Below are positions 49,488 to 57,239 of a stretch of DNA of 64,000 bases, one piece after another. The position numbers and the translations under genes are program-made. The notes below the pieces were generated by a model. It was given only the letters and a program-made list of their open reading frames with translations. It searched no databases and was not told the origin of the DNA. Position 1 is the stretch's first letter. Every line of letters starts with the position of its first letter. This stretch comes from an uncultured Armatimonadetes bacterium (GTDB lineage: Bacteria; Armatimonadota; Hebobacteria; Hebobacterales; Hebobacteraceae), in contig OY970296.1 of NCBI GenBank assembly GCA_963716175.1, positions 2,368,001 to 2,432,000 on the forward strand, given 5' to 3'.

Positions 49488-50312
49488 TCAGGGGAGGAGT
49501 CTCACAATTTCTTCGACTGACCAGACATGATCGGCCACACCCGCCGCGACCGCCGGGCTTGTCTTGAGCGTCTGGTGGACCCTGGCGAAGTTGTAGTACA
49601 TGAAATGCAGCGAGACGGCGCAGAAGTGGTTCTCCAGCTTCTTTGAGAAGGCGTTGGTTAGCCGGGTGAACCGGCCCAGGCCCATCCGAACGGTCAGATT
49701 CTGGCGCTCTACGTAGCTGGTAGAGATGTGCTTGGGGTCGGGCCTGCCCATGATCGGCGTTCTTTCGGCAGCTATGCACACGGGCGGGCTGTATCGCTTC
49801 TCGCCTTCGGCGTCCTGGCCGTACAGCTTGACTAGCATGGCATAGTCAGTATTGGCCCCGAAGACCTCTTCCACGGCACTCAGATAGACCTTCAGGCCGT
49901 CTGTGGTTAGCTGGACACGATTGGCCAGGCGGGATTCCAGGTCGGTGATAAGGTCATAGGCGGCTGTAGCGTCCCTCTCGCCGACCTGCCAGCAGATCAT
50001 CAACTTGCTGTCGGCGTCCATTGCCGTCCACGTCCACACGTCGCCAACGCCGAACTGCCCGCGCCTGTGCTCCGGGACGTTCTTCTCCTTGGCCCCGACG
50101 AAGGACCAAATCTCGTCGCACTGGACGCGCTTGGTGGCGAGGCCGCGCAGGGCCTGGTTCTGGTACTCCCAACAGGCGTGACCAAGCTCCACGAGAAGCT
50201 TGGTCACGGTGTTCTTCGCTGCCCCGGTTATGCGAACCGTAGAGCGGATCGAGTTCCCTTCTACCAGACAGCGGATAACAGCGGCTCTGCGCTCAGACGA
50301 TAGCTTGTTCAT
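49488..50312 (-). CDS. IS1-family DDE transposase
   Basis: HTH LVEGNSIRSTVRITG; catalytic CDEIWSFV, TTDG, VERQNL; RFTRLTNAFSKK; stop codon lies in the left IR. Confidence 0.9.
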   Translation of the reverse strand: MNKLSSERRAAVIRCLVEGNSIRSTVRITGAAKNTVTKLLVELGHACWEYQNQALRGLATKRVQCDEIWSFVGAKEKNVPEHRRGQFGVGDVWTWTAMDADSKLMICWQVGERDATAAYDLITDLESRLANRVQLTTDGLKVYLSAVEEVFGANTDYAMLVKLYGQDAEGEKRYSPPVCIAAERTPIMGRPDPKHISTSYVERQNLTVRMGLGRFTRLTNAFSKKLENHFCAVSLHFMYYNFARVHQTLKTSPAVAAGVADHVWSVEEIVRLLP

Positions 50313-50319
50313 ACTGACC

Positions 50320-50409
50320 AGTATACATGAGCGAAGCCCATTTGTCAAGTATCGAATCATAAAATTCTATGATTCCATGATTGACAAATCCGGGTACACG
50401 GTATATACT
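50320..50409. promoter_or_regulatory. Back-to-back consensus promoters with a central palindromic operator
   Basis: Minus strand: TTGACA(50348-43)-17-TATACT, 7 nt to the tnp ATG. Plus strand: TTGACA(50381-86)-17-TATACT, 6 nt to the higB ATG. GAATCATA-N6-TATGATTC at 50354-50375. Confidence 0.8.
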
Positions 50410-50415
50410 GACGGC

Positions 50416-50712
50416 ATGGAGGTAGTCTTCCAAGATTCCGCATTGGACCGACTAGAGAGTGGCGAGGGCGCGGATGGTGCCTATCAGCCCGGAATCGTCA
50501 GGGTGTTCCGGATGCGTATGCAACAGATCAGGGCCGCCGCGGACGAGAGGGATTTCTATCAACAAAGGTCTCTGCGGTTTGAGAAACTCAAAGGACGTCG
50601 AGCGCACCAGCATTCAATGCGCCTCAATGACCAATGGCGACTCATTCTGGAATTCAGAGGAGACGGGCCGAGTAAGGTCGTGGTGATCGTTGCCATCGAG
50701 GATTACCACTGA
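50416..50712 (+). CDS. higB: HigB (RelE/ParE superfamily) toxin
   Basis: MEVVFQDSALDRL, LRFEKLKG, HSMRLNDQWRLILEF, IEDYH. Confidence 0.9.
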   Translation: MEVVFQDSALDRLESGEGADGAYQPGIVRVFRMRMQQIRAAADERDFYQQRSLRFEKLKGRRAHQHSMRLNDQWRLILEFRGDGPSKVVVIVAIEDYH

Positions 50713-50726
50713 GGGAGATGTAGTAT

Positions 50727-51878
50727 ATGACCACAAGACAGATAGCCGAGGCCTTCCCGCCGGGCGATTTCATAAAGGAGGAACTTGAGGCGCGCGACTG
50801 GAGCCAAGTTGAGTTGGCCGAGATCATCGGCCGACACCCCCAGACCATCACTGAATTGGTTACTGGCAAGAGGGCCATCACACCTGAACTAGCCAAACTG
50901 CTCGGTGATGCGTTCGGCACTAGCGCGCAGTATTGGATGAACCTGGATACTAGCTACCGCCTGTGGTTTCACAGAGATACTGATAGCGCGGTCTCGCGAC
51001 GCGCTAGGCTATACCAAATGGCCCCTATCAGGGAGATGGCCAAGCGCCACTGGCTCGAACTGTCGCAGAACCTGGATGTCCTTGAGCAAAGAGTGACATC
51101 CTTCTTCAGAATACCGAGCATAGACACACCCATCGCGTTCCCACACGCAGCGCGGAAAAGGAGGGTGGGAGAACTCTCACCTTCACAGAAGGCATGGATG
51201 TTTCGTGCCGCACAACTTGCCCATGCTGTACATGCTGAGCCGTTCTCTCTGCAGTCGTTCAAGCGGGAGATGGTTGAACTAAGGCAGTTGCTCTCGGACG
51301 CATCCGACGTAAGGCTCGTCCCCAGGGTTCTGGCTAATGCGGGCGTTCGATTTCTCATATTGGAACACCTTCCCCGCACGGGAATTGATGGCGTTACCTT
51401 CTGGCTTGATGAGAAGTCTCCGGTCATCGCACTCTCTCTGCGATATGGCCGGATTGATGCCTTTTGGTACACACTGGCACACGAATTGTGCCATGTGTGG
51501 CGACGGGATGGATTGAGGCGAGGACAGGCGATTGTCCTTGACACGGAACTTGTGAGAGATGCTGAGACGGCGGAACCAGAGTTGGAATCTGAGAAGGAAG
51601 TGGACGCCCAAGCCGCAGCCTTTCTAGTTCAACAGTCCGAGCTTGATGATTTCATATTGCGCACAAGTCCCCTGTATAGCAAGAAAAAGATCGCCAACTT
51701 TGCAGCAAGAATCAAGGTACACCCTGGGATTGTTGTGGGGCAACTTCAATTTCGGGGGGAATCCCAGGCGGGAGTTGGTTGGGACAAGTTCAGAGATGCG
51801 CTTGTAGATGTCAGAGGGATTGTAACCCAATCAGCGCTAACAGACGGGTGGGGGAACGTTCCTCCCCCGCTCAGCTAA
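50727..51878 (+). CDS. higA: HigA-type HTH antitoxin fused to an ImmA/IrrE-like metallopeptidase
   Basis: FPPGDFIKEELEARDWSQVELA...YWMNL; DAFWYTLAHELCH (HExxH); VHPGIVVGQLQ. Confidence 0.88.
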   Translation: MTTRQIAEAFPPGDFIKEELEARDWSQVELAEIIGRHPQTITELVTGKRAITPELAKLLGDAFGTSAQYWMNLDTSYRLWFHRDTDSAVSRRARLYQMAPIREMAKRHWLELSQNLDVLEQRVTSFFRIPSIDTPIAFPHAARKRRVGELSPSQKAWMFRAAQLAHAVHAEPFSLQSFKREMVELRQLLSDASDVRLVPRVLANAGVRFLILEHLPRTGIDGVTFWLDEKSPVIALSLRYGRIDAFWYTLAHELCHVWRRDGLRRGQAIVLDTELVRDAETAEPELESEKEVDAQAAAFLVQQSELDDFILRTSPLYSKKKIANFAARIKVHPGIVVGQLQFRGESQAGVGWDKFRDALVDVRGIVTQSALTDGWGNVPPPLS

Positions 51879-51889
51879 GGAGATGCAGA

Positions 51890-52354
51890 ATGCCTACCTA
51901 TGCCAAGAGGATGCAGGGTCTCGTGGCCGCATACAGGGCGGCAGGGGGGCCGTGGCCAGCGTCCACTGAGCAGATGGCCTCGTGGGCCGTGCGAGAGAGG
52001 AAGTGGTCGCCCCCGACCGCGGCCCTCATCAAACAGTGTGCGCGAGACTTTGCCGAGGCCATGCGTCAGGAGAATCTTACGGATGCTCAGGGCAGGACTG
52101 TACGCGCGAAGTATCCAGCTACTATGGACCGAAACGGCGCACGAGTCACGTTGTGGGATGATGTGCGCACAGCGAGTCGCCCGTTCATGGTGACGCATTT
52201 CGCGCAGCGCCGTCAAAGCGTCGTCTCGGATTGCAGGAAGATGAAATCTGACTTAGATAGCTATAACGAAAACCGCAACCCCGGACGTCCTATCCAGATG
52301 AGTTTCAATTTCGAGCGGGATGTAGAAGAGGGCGAGTTGGACCAAGCGGCGTAG
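51890..52354 (+). CDS. Hypothetical protein, third gene of the higBA operon
   Basis: AAGGAG RBS overlapping the higA stop; 154 aa, globular-looking. Confidence 0.75.
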   Translation: MPTYAKRMQGLVAAYRAAGGPWPASTEQMASWAVRERKWSPPTAALIKQCARDFAEAMRQENLTDAQGRTVRAKYPATMDRNGARVTLWDDVRTASRPFMVTHFAQRRQSVVSDCRKMKSDLDSYNENRNPGRPIQMSFNFERDVEEGELDQAA

Positions 52355-52357
52355 CCC

Positions 52358-52603
52358 CTATCCTGCCTTCCATCGCGCCGCGGCCGCCTTCCTCGCGATC
52401 TCGGAACGCCGCTTTGGCGTGAGTTTGGCCGCCCTCGCCTTGCCCCCCTTGGCCCCGCCAAGCTTGCCGAGCGCGACTGCGGCCGGGTTCTTCCCGCTTG
52501 GCTTCTCTGACAGGGCTTCCCCCGTCGCCTCCTGCGCCACTCGGAACGCGGCCTCGTTCACGTCCTCGGGTCCTTGCTTTCCCCTGCTTGAGCGTTTAGG
52601 CAT
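52358..52603 (-). CDS. Small basic protein (histone H1-like label)
   Basis: KNPAAVALGKLGGAKGGKARAAKLTPKRRSEIARKAAAARW; TATCCT 5 nt upstream of the ATG suggests a leaderless transcript. Confidence 0.85.
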   Translation of the reverse strand: MPKRSSRGKQGPEDVNEAAFRVAQEATGEALSEKPSGKNPAAVALGKLGGAKGGKARAAKLTPKRRSEIARKAAAARWKAG

Positions 52604-52686
52604 AGCTCAGGATAGCATGCACGGCACGGTATGTCCAGAAGGAGACGCAAAAAGGTTGTTCTGCTTGACAATTCCTGCTAAAATGC

Positions 52687-52712
52687 CTTCGGCCGATGAT
52701 CATCGGCCGAAG
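52687..52712. repeat. Perfect 26-bp palindrome
   Basis: CTTCGGCCGATGATCATCGGCCGAAG. Confidence 0.9.
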
Positions 52713-52811
52713 CGAAATCCGGCCGTTTCTACGCGAAATGCCTGTCCTCGTATCTGGACAACCGTTGCGTGCCGCCCTTCGCCGCTCACTTCAGATTGAC
52801 CCCTATCGGTA

Positions 52812-52840
52812 TTGACAGTCGTCAAAGTGTGGTATAAGAT
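52812..52840 (+). promoter_or_regulatory. Sigma70-type promoter upstream of the NYN gene
   Basis: TTGACA-17-TAAGAT (also an extended -10 TGGTATAAG). Confidence 0.75.
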
Positions 52841-52845
52841 ACACG

Positions 52846-52906
52846 TATTCACCACTGCTGTGCCTAACGCAGCAGTCCCCCTCGGATTGCGATCCGAGGG
52901 TTTTTT
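52846..52906 (+). ncRNA. Putative ~60-nt two-hairpin leader RNA ending in an intrinsic terminator
   Basis: Hairpin 52854-52876 (ACTGCTGTG/CGCAGCAGT), hairpin 52879-52900 (CCCTCGGAT/ATCCGAGGG), then T6. Confidence 0.55.
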
Positions 52907-52915
52907 CATGGCGAT

Positions 52916-53557
52916 ATGAACCGAGTCACCTTCCTCGTTGACGGGTTCAACTTGTACCACTCAGTGGTCCAAGCCGAGTGCGACAACGGCGGCCACTGCG
53001 TCAAGTGGCTCGATCTTCGTCGTCTCTGCTTGAGCTATCTCCACATGGTTCGGCGACAAGTCAATGCCCATGTCGAACTGGAAACCATCCACTACTTCTC
53101 GGCGCCTCCAACGCATCGCCCTTCCGGTACTCAGAAGAGGCATGCCATATACATGAAGTGCCTGGAGTCCGCGGGCATACACGTCCACCTCGGGCGCTTC
53201 AAGAAGAAAACAGTCGAGTGCCATCTGTGTCATCGGGATGACGTCAGGCACGAAGAGAAGGAAACTGATGTAGCAATGGCCGCGCTGCTCCTTGAGGTTT
53301 GCCACTCTGGGGAGGCGGATTCTGTTGTGATGGTCACTGGCGACACAGACCTGGCCCCCGCCGTCCGAACATGCCAGCGGCTCTTCCCCGAGGTGTTCAT
53401 CTGCTTCGCCTTCCCGTACAAGAGGCATAATGCCGAACTCAAGGTGTTAGCACCAGGGTCATTCAACATTGGCCGCGATAGCTACCTTAGACACCAGTTC
53501 TCAGACCCACTACAGTTGGCAGACGGCGGCAGTATATCAATGCCTGCTGAGTGGTAG
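52916..53557 (+). CDS. NYN-domain (PIN-like) ribonuclease
   Basis: FLVDGFNLY, EEKETDVAMA, VTGDTDLAP acidic catalytic motifs. Confidence 0.92.
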   Translation: MNRVTFLVDGFNLYHSVVQAECDNGGHCVKWLDLRRLCLSYLHMVRRQVNAHVELETIHYFSAPPTHRPSGTQKRHAIYMKCLESAGIHVHLGRFKKKTVECHLCHRDDVRHEEKETDVAMAALLLEVCHSGEADSVVMVTGDTDLAPAVRTCQRLFPEVFICFAFPYKRHNAELKVLAPGSFNIGRDSYLRHQFSDPLQLADGGSISMPAEW

Positions 53558-53603
53558 AACCCTGCCACCGCACCCCTCCTCAAACTGACCCACTACCCGG
53601 AAG

Positions 53604-54869
53604 TCAAGCGCCGGCTCGAGAGTGGCGCCCGGCCGGCTCTCCCCGCAGGGTATAGGCCGCCACCAGCGCCCCCAGCGTGAGCAGCGCAGCGCTTCCATAG
53701 AAGATATAGGAATGATGGATGTCCCAGAGCCACCCGCCCAGGAGGGGCGCCAGCCCGGCCCCGGCGCCTTCGGCCGTGGCCACGATGCCCATCACCCCAC
53801 CGCGCCGGCTCTTGGGGGCCAGCTCGGAGACCAGCGCCAGCCAGGCCGGAGTGCCGAGAATGTGTCCCAGGATCAGGATCAGCCCGACCAGCGCGAAGGT
53901 GACCACCGTGCGGCAGGACGGGATCATCCACATCGCCGCTGCCGACACCGCCAGTGACACCCGCACCGCACGCGATCTGCCCCACCTGTCAGCCGCATGA
54001 CCCAGTGGCAGGCCCATCACCAGCACTGGGACGGCCATGGCCGCCAGCAGCACACCCGTGGCGAGCGAGGAGAGGTGCAGATCGAGCTGCACGTAGACAA
54101 TCAGGAAGTTGGCCAGCATCAGCACGCCCAAAGTCATCAGCACACTGATAAGCAGCACCAGGAGCAGGGGGTAGGGGGTCGGCCTTGTGGGCAGGGTGGC
54201 CGGGGTCGGGCCTGACTCCACTGGGTCGTCGGCTTCGCTTCTCGTCTTGGGCAGACCCACGTAGCCGGTGGCCGCGCTTATGAAGAGCAGAGCGCTTGCC
54301 AGGTAGAATGGAGAGCGATTGGTGCCGGAGAAATAGGCGGCGAAAGAGCCCACCGCGGCCGCCGCCCCAATCGCCCCCACATAGACCGTGTTCATCACAC
54401 TCATCGCCGCCGCGCGAGAGCGATCCTTCACCAGGTCTCCCACCATCGCGAACAGTGGAGGCCACAGCGCGGCCGCGCCGGCACCGTCCGCTGCCCGCAA
54501 CGGGAATACCAACGCCCACCAGCGTACCGGCAGCCTCACGATGATCGCGGGGTTCAGACAGATCAGCAGCGGGCCCAGCACGATGAACGGCTTTCGCCCC
54601 AGCCGGTCCGACAGCCTCCCCAGCGGGAACTTCAGCGCCATCTCGCACAGCAGGAAAGTGGCGCTGATCCCACCCACCGCCAACCCCGAAACCTGCAAGT
54701 CCCGGATCAGGTAGACGGGCAGCGCGTAGATGTTCATCAGCGCGAATGCCATCTGGCCCGCCCCTGTCACCGCAGCCAGGCGCACCAGGGGCGGGTACTC
54801 GCGGAGGAGTGAGAGATAGGTCCGATCCAGCAGGCGGGAGAACACCCGCGGCCTCCTACCGCCGCTCAA
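53604..54869 (-). CDS. MFS transporter
   Basis: GRLSDRLGRK, GHAADRWGR; about 12 TM helices; stop codon overlaps the transposon target duplication. Confidence 0.9.
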   Translation of the reverse strand: MSGGRRPRVFSRLLDRTYLSLLREYPPLVRLAAVTGAGQMAFALMNIYALPVYLIRDLQVSGLAVGGISATFLLCEMALKFPLGRLSDRLGRKPFIVLGPLLICLNPAIIVRLPVRWWALVFPLRAADGAGAAALWPPLFAMVGDLVKDRSRAAAMSVMNTVYVGAIGAAAAVGSFAAYFSGTNRSPFYLASALLFISAATGYVGLPKTRSEADDPVESGPTPATLPTRPTPYPLLLVLLISVLMTLGVLMLANFLIVYVQLDLHLSSLATGVLLAAMAVPVLVMGLPLGHAADRWGRSRAVRVSLAVSAAAMWMIPSCRTVVTFALVGLILILGHILGTPAWLALVSELAPKSRRGGVMGIVATAEGAGAGLAPLLGGWLWDIHHSYIFYGSAALLTLGALVAAYTLRGEPAGRHSRAGA

Positions 54870-55518
54870 GCGCGGCCACCAGGGTAAGGCCCTTGGTGAG
54901 CGGCGTCTTCAACCCCACCTCCTTGACCATGCAGCGCCAGTCCGGAGACCAGCGGCCCGGTGCCTTCAGGTCATGGCAGTAGACAGCTGTCTTGCGGAGC
55001 CGGTTCGCCACCACGAAGCACTTCCCCCAGAGCCCTCGCTGTGGCACGGTGAGGATCACCGCCTGCCGGGCGCTGGCGCACATTCTGCTGACGAAGGCCG
55101 CCGGATCGGAGATGTAGTCGAGCACCCCCACCGCCACCGCCACCTCGAAGGACCCGTCGGCGGGCAGAGCCAGGAAATCGCGGTTGACCACGGTGACGTT
55201 GGAGGTCTGGGCCAGCTCCAGCCTCTCCCGCAGAATCTCCGCCATGCCCGCTGATTCCTCCACTGCCACCACCTCGCGGAATCTCCGGGCCAGCTCCAGC
55301 GTGTAGAACCCCGTGCCCGGTCCCACCTCCAGCGCTCGCCCGCCGCCGTCGGCATAGCGGGCGATCAAGTCAGAGACGGCCCGCGCCTCCTGACGCCGGA
55401 TGAGAGAGATCACCGGCAGAGACAGGTTGAGGTCATAGAAGCCGGCCCCGCGATGATAGGGATTATTGCTGCTGATGGCGCCCGGGGCTGTCCGCGCCCC
55501 GCGTCTCTCATCCTGCAT
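54856..55518 (-). CDS. Class I SAM-dependent methyltransferase
   Basis: ALEVGPGTG, RDFLALP..SFEVAV; start uncertain. Confidence 0.82.
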   Translation of the reverse strand: MQDERRGARTAPGAISSNNPYHRGAGFYDLNLSLPVISLIRRQEARAVSDLIARYADGGGRALEVGPGTGFYTLELARRFREVVAVEESAGMAEILRERLELAQTSNVTVVNRDFLALPADGSFEVAVAVGVLDYISDPAAFVSRMCASARQAVILTVPQRGLWGKCFVVANRLRKTAVYCHDLKAPGRWSPDWRCMVKEVGLKTPLTKGLTLVAALERR

Positions 55519-55773
55519 TGCAGGCTCCCACAATCTCCCGACCCTGTCCTGAGGCCGAGCTGAGTCAGCCCATCGCCCGCGAGCCAGGCTGCCGGCCGCC
55601 CTTGACTTCTCCCCAGTGGCCGGAGCGCCCTTCTCCGGCCTCCTCTTCGCGAGGGGACCGCCTTCTTCCGGCCGCCGCCCGTCCGGGAGCTTTCGCGCAG
55701 GACAGGGGCGACCTCGTGACGAATACAAGTACCATATACGGCTCATGCCTTCGGGCCGGGCCGCCGGGGGAAT

Positions 55774-56625
55774 ATGATTCCGTCGCTCCGCGCCATTCAC
55801 TTCCTCATTAGCTACGGCTGCCCGGCCGAGTGCGATCACTGCTTCATCTGGGGTTCACCGCGGCGCGACCGCGGCATGACCTGTGAGCAAGTGGATGATC
55901 TCCTGGAACAGGTCCTGGCTATGGGGAGCGTGACTTCGGTCTGCGGGGAGGGTGGGGAGTCCTTCAGCCGATACCCGGTCTTACTTCATCTGGTGCGGCG
56001 CGCCACTTCTCTGGGCCTGGATGCCTCTGCCCTCACCAACGCTTTCTGGGTCGAGTCCCGGGCGCAGGCGGAGGAGCGCATCGCCGAGCTGATGGCCGTC
56101 GGCCTCACCAACCTGGGGATCAGCACCGACGAGTGGCATCAGAAGCACATTCCAGTGTCGCGGGTGGACTTGTTGCTCGAGGTCTGTGCCGCGGCCGGGC
56201 TGTCCGCCTCCCGCATGGAGACCTCACCGGAAGGGGTGATGTTTCGGGGTCGCGCGGCCGAGCGGCTGGCGCCGGGAAGACCCACCAAGTCAGCCGATCA
56301 GCTCACCACTTGCCCGCACGAGCAGCTCGGCGCGCCCTCCCGCCTGCACCTCGACTGCTACGGGTGGCTGCATCTCTGTCAGGGGCTCACACTTGGCGGT
56401 GATGCTCCGGCCGGGGCCGTCGCCGACTATGACCCCGAAGCTCACCCTATCGTCTGCTTGCTGCTGAACGGCGGGCCCTACGCGCTCGGCCGGTTTGCCG
56501 CCGAACATGGATTCGAGATGGCGCCTGGCTATGTGGACGCCTGCCATCTCTGCTACCGCGCCCGGGAGTTCCTCCGGCCGCATTACCCGGATCTGCTGGC
56601 CCCCGACGAGGCCTACGGCCGCTAG
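55774..56625 (+). CDS. Radical SAM protein
   Basis: CPAECDHC, GGESF, LTNAFW, C-terminal CHLC. Confidence 0.88.
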   Translation: MIPSLRAIHFLISYGCPAECDHCFIWGSPRRDRGMTCEQVDDLLEQVLAMGSVTSVCGEGGESFSRYPVLLHLVRRATSLGLDASALTNAFWVESRAQAEERIAELMAVGLTNLGISTDEWHQKHIPVSRVDLLLEVCAAAGLSASRMETSPEGVMFRGRAAERLAPGRPTKSADQLTTCPHEQLGAPSRLHLDCYGWLHLCQGLTLGGDAPAGAVADYDPEAHPIVCLLLNGGPYALGRFAAEHGFEMAPGYVDACHLCYRAREFLRPHYPDLLAPDEAYGR

Positions 56626-56703
56626 CGGAAACCGCCGCTCGCGCCTTCACACGACGCCGCGGACCCGCCTTGCCCTTGACATCCTGCCGCTCTCTGTCTT
56701 TGA

Positions 56704-56801
56704 CTAGAAACAGCACTGTACAACGTCAGGCCGTGGCAGGCGCATTTCATGCGAGGGCGTGGTGCGGCCAGCCAGCCGGTAGGTTATGAAATGCGCTCTA
56801 G
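56704..56801. mobile_element. MITE-like repeat, copy 2
   Basis: Begins and ends with CTAG; near-identical to 31943-32037. Confidence 0.75.
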
Positions 56802-57097
56802 CTATAGCTCCTCTCCCGGCTCACAATCCTGAAGAGGCGGCTGGTGAGGCCGGTGCTAGTGCGCTCCTGGTAGAGGAACGCCAGCCTGTCTTGCTCGAAC
56901 CGCTCGAAGAACTCCTCCCAGGAGGTTCTGGTAAGGAGTTCCCTGGCCGGGTGGTTCGGGAAGTCAATGTACAGAAGACCGTGTCCGCCGTTCTCCTGGG
57001 CGGGCTTCACTGAGGCCGGGTGTCCTCCTCTATCCCGAACCCACCGCTCAATGACCTCGTGGTCTGTCGTGACCTTGGCGGAGAGAGGCATCAGCAA
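56798..57097 (-). CDS. Conserved hypothetical protein (TTDHxxIxxW family)
   Basis: TTDHEVIERWVRDRGGHPA, SWEEFFERFE, LAFLYQE; AGGAG RBS; stop codon is within the MITE CTAG. Confidence 0.78.
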   Translation of the reverse strand: MLMPLSAKVTTDHEVIERWVRDRGGHPASVKPAQENGGHGLLYIDFPNHPARELLTRTSWEEFFERFEQDRLAFLYQERTSTGLTSRLFRIVSRERSYS

Positions 57098-57239
57098 CTC
57101 CTTTGCGCTTGCTCACACTCGTAGCCACGATTGGTTTGTTCACATGGTAGCATAGGCAGTGGTTCCTGGTGTTCGAAGGAGCAGACAGTCGCGGGACAGC
57201 AGATGATCTTGGGCGGCGATCATGCCAAAGAGGGCGAGG

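Larger units (their letters stand above)
49473..53597. mobile_element. IS1-family transposon with passenger genes
   Basis: Inverted repeats GGTAGTGGGTCAGTCTCAGG / GGTAGTGGGTCAGTTTGAGG (18 of 20 match); direct repeat CGGAAGTC at 49465-49472 and 53598-53605; lower GC inside. Confidence 0.92.

Noticed and set aside
50200-50415. N-terminal extension of HigB in the ORF track
   Set aside because: Overlaps the transposase and both promoters; the HigB-like sequence begins at ATG 50416
52665-52684. TTGACA...TAAAAT as a promoter
   Set aside because: Spacer is only 8 nt, incompatible with a sigma70 promoter
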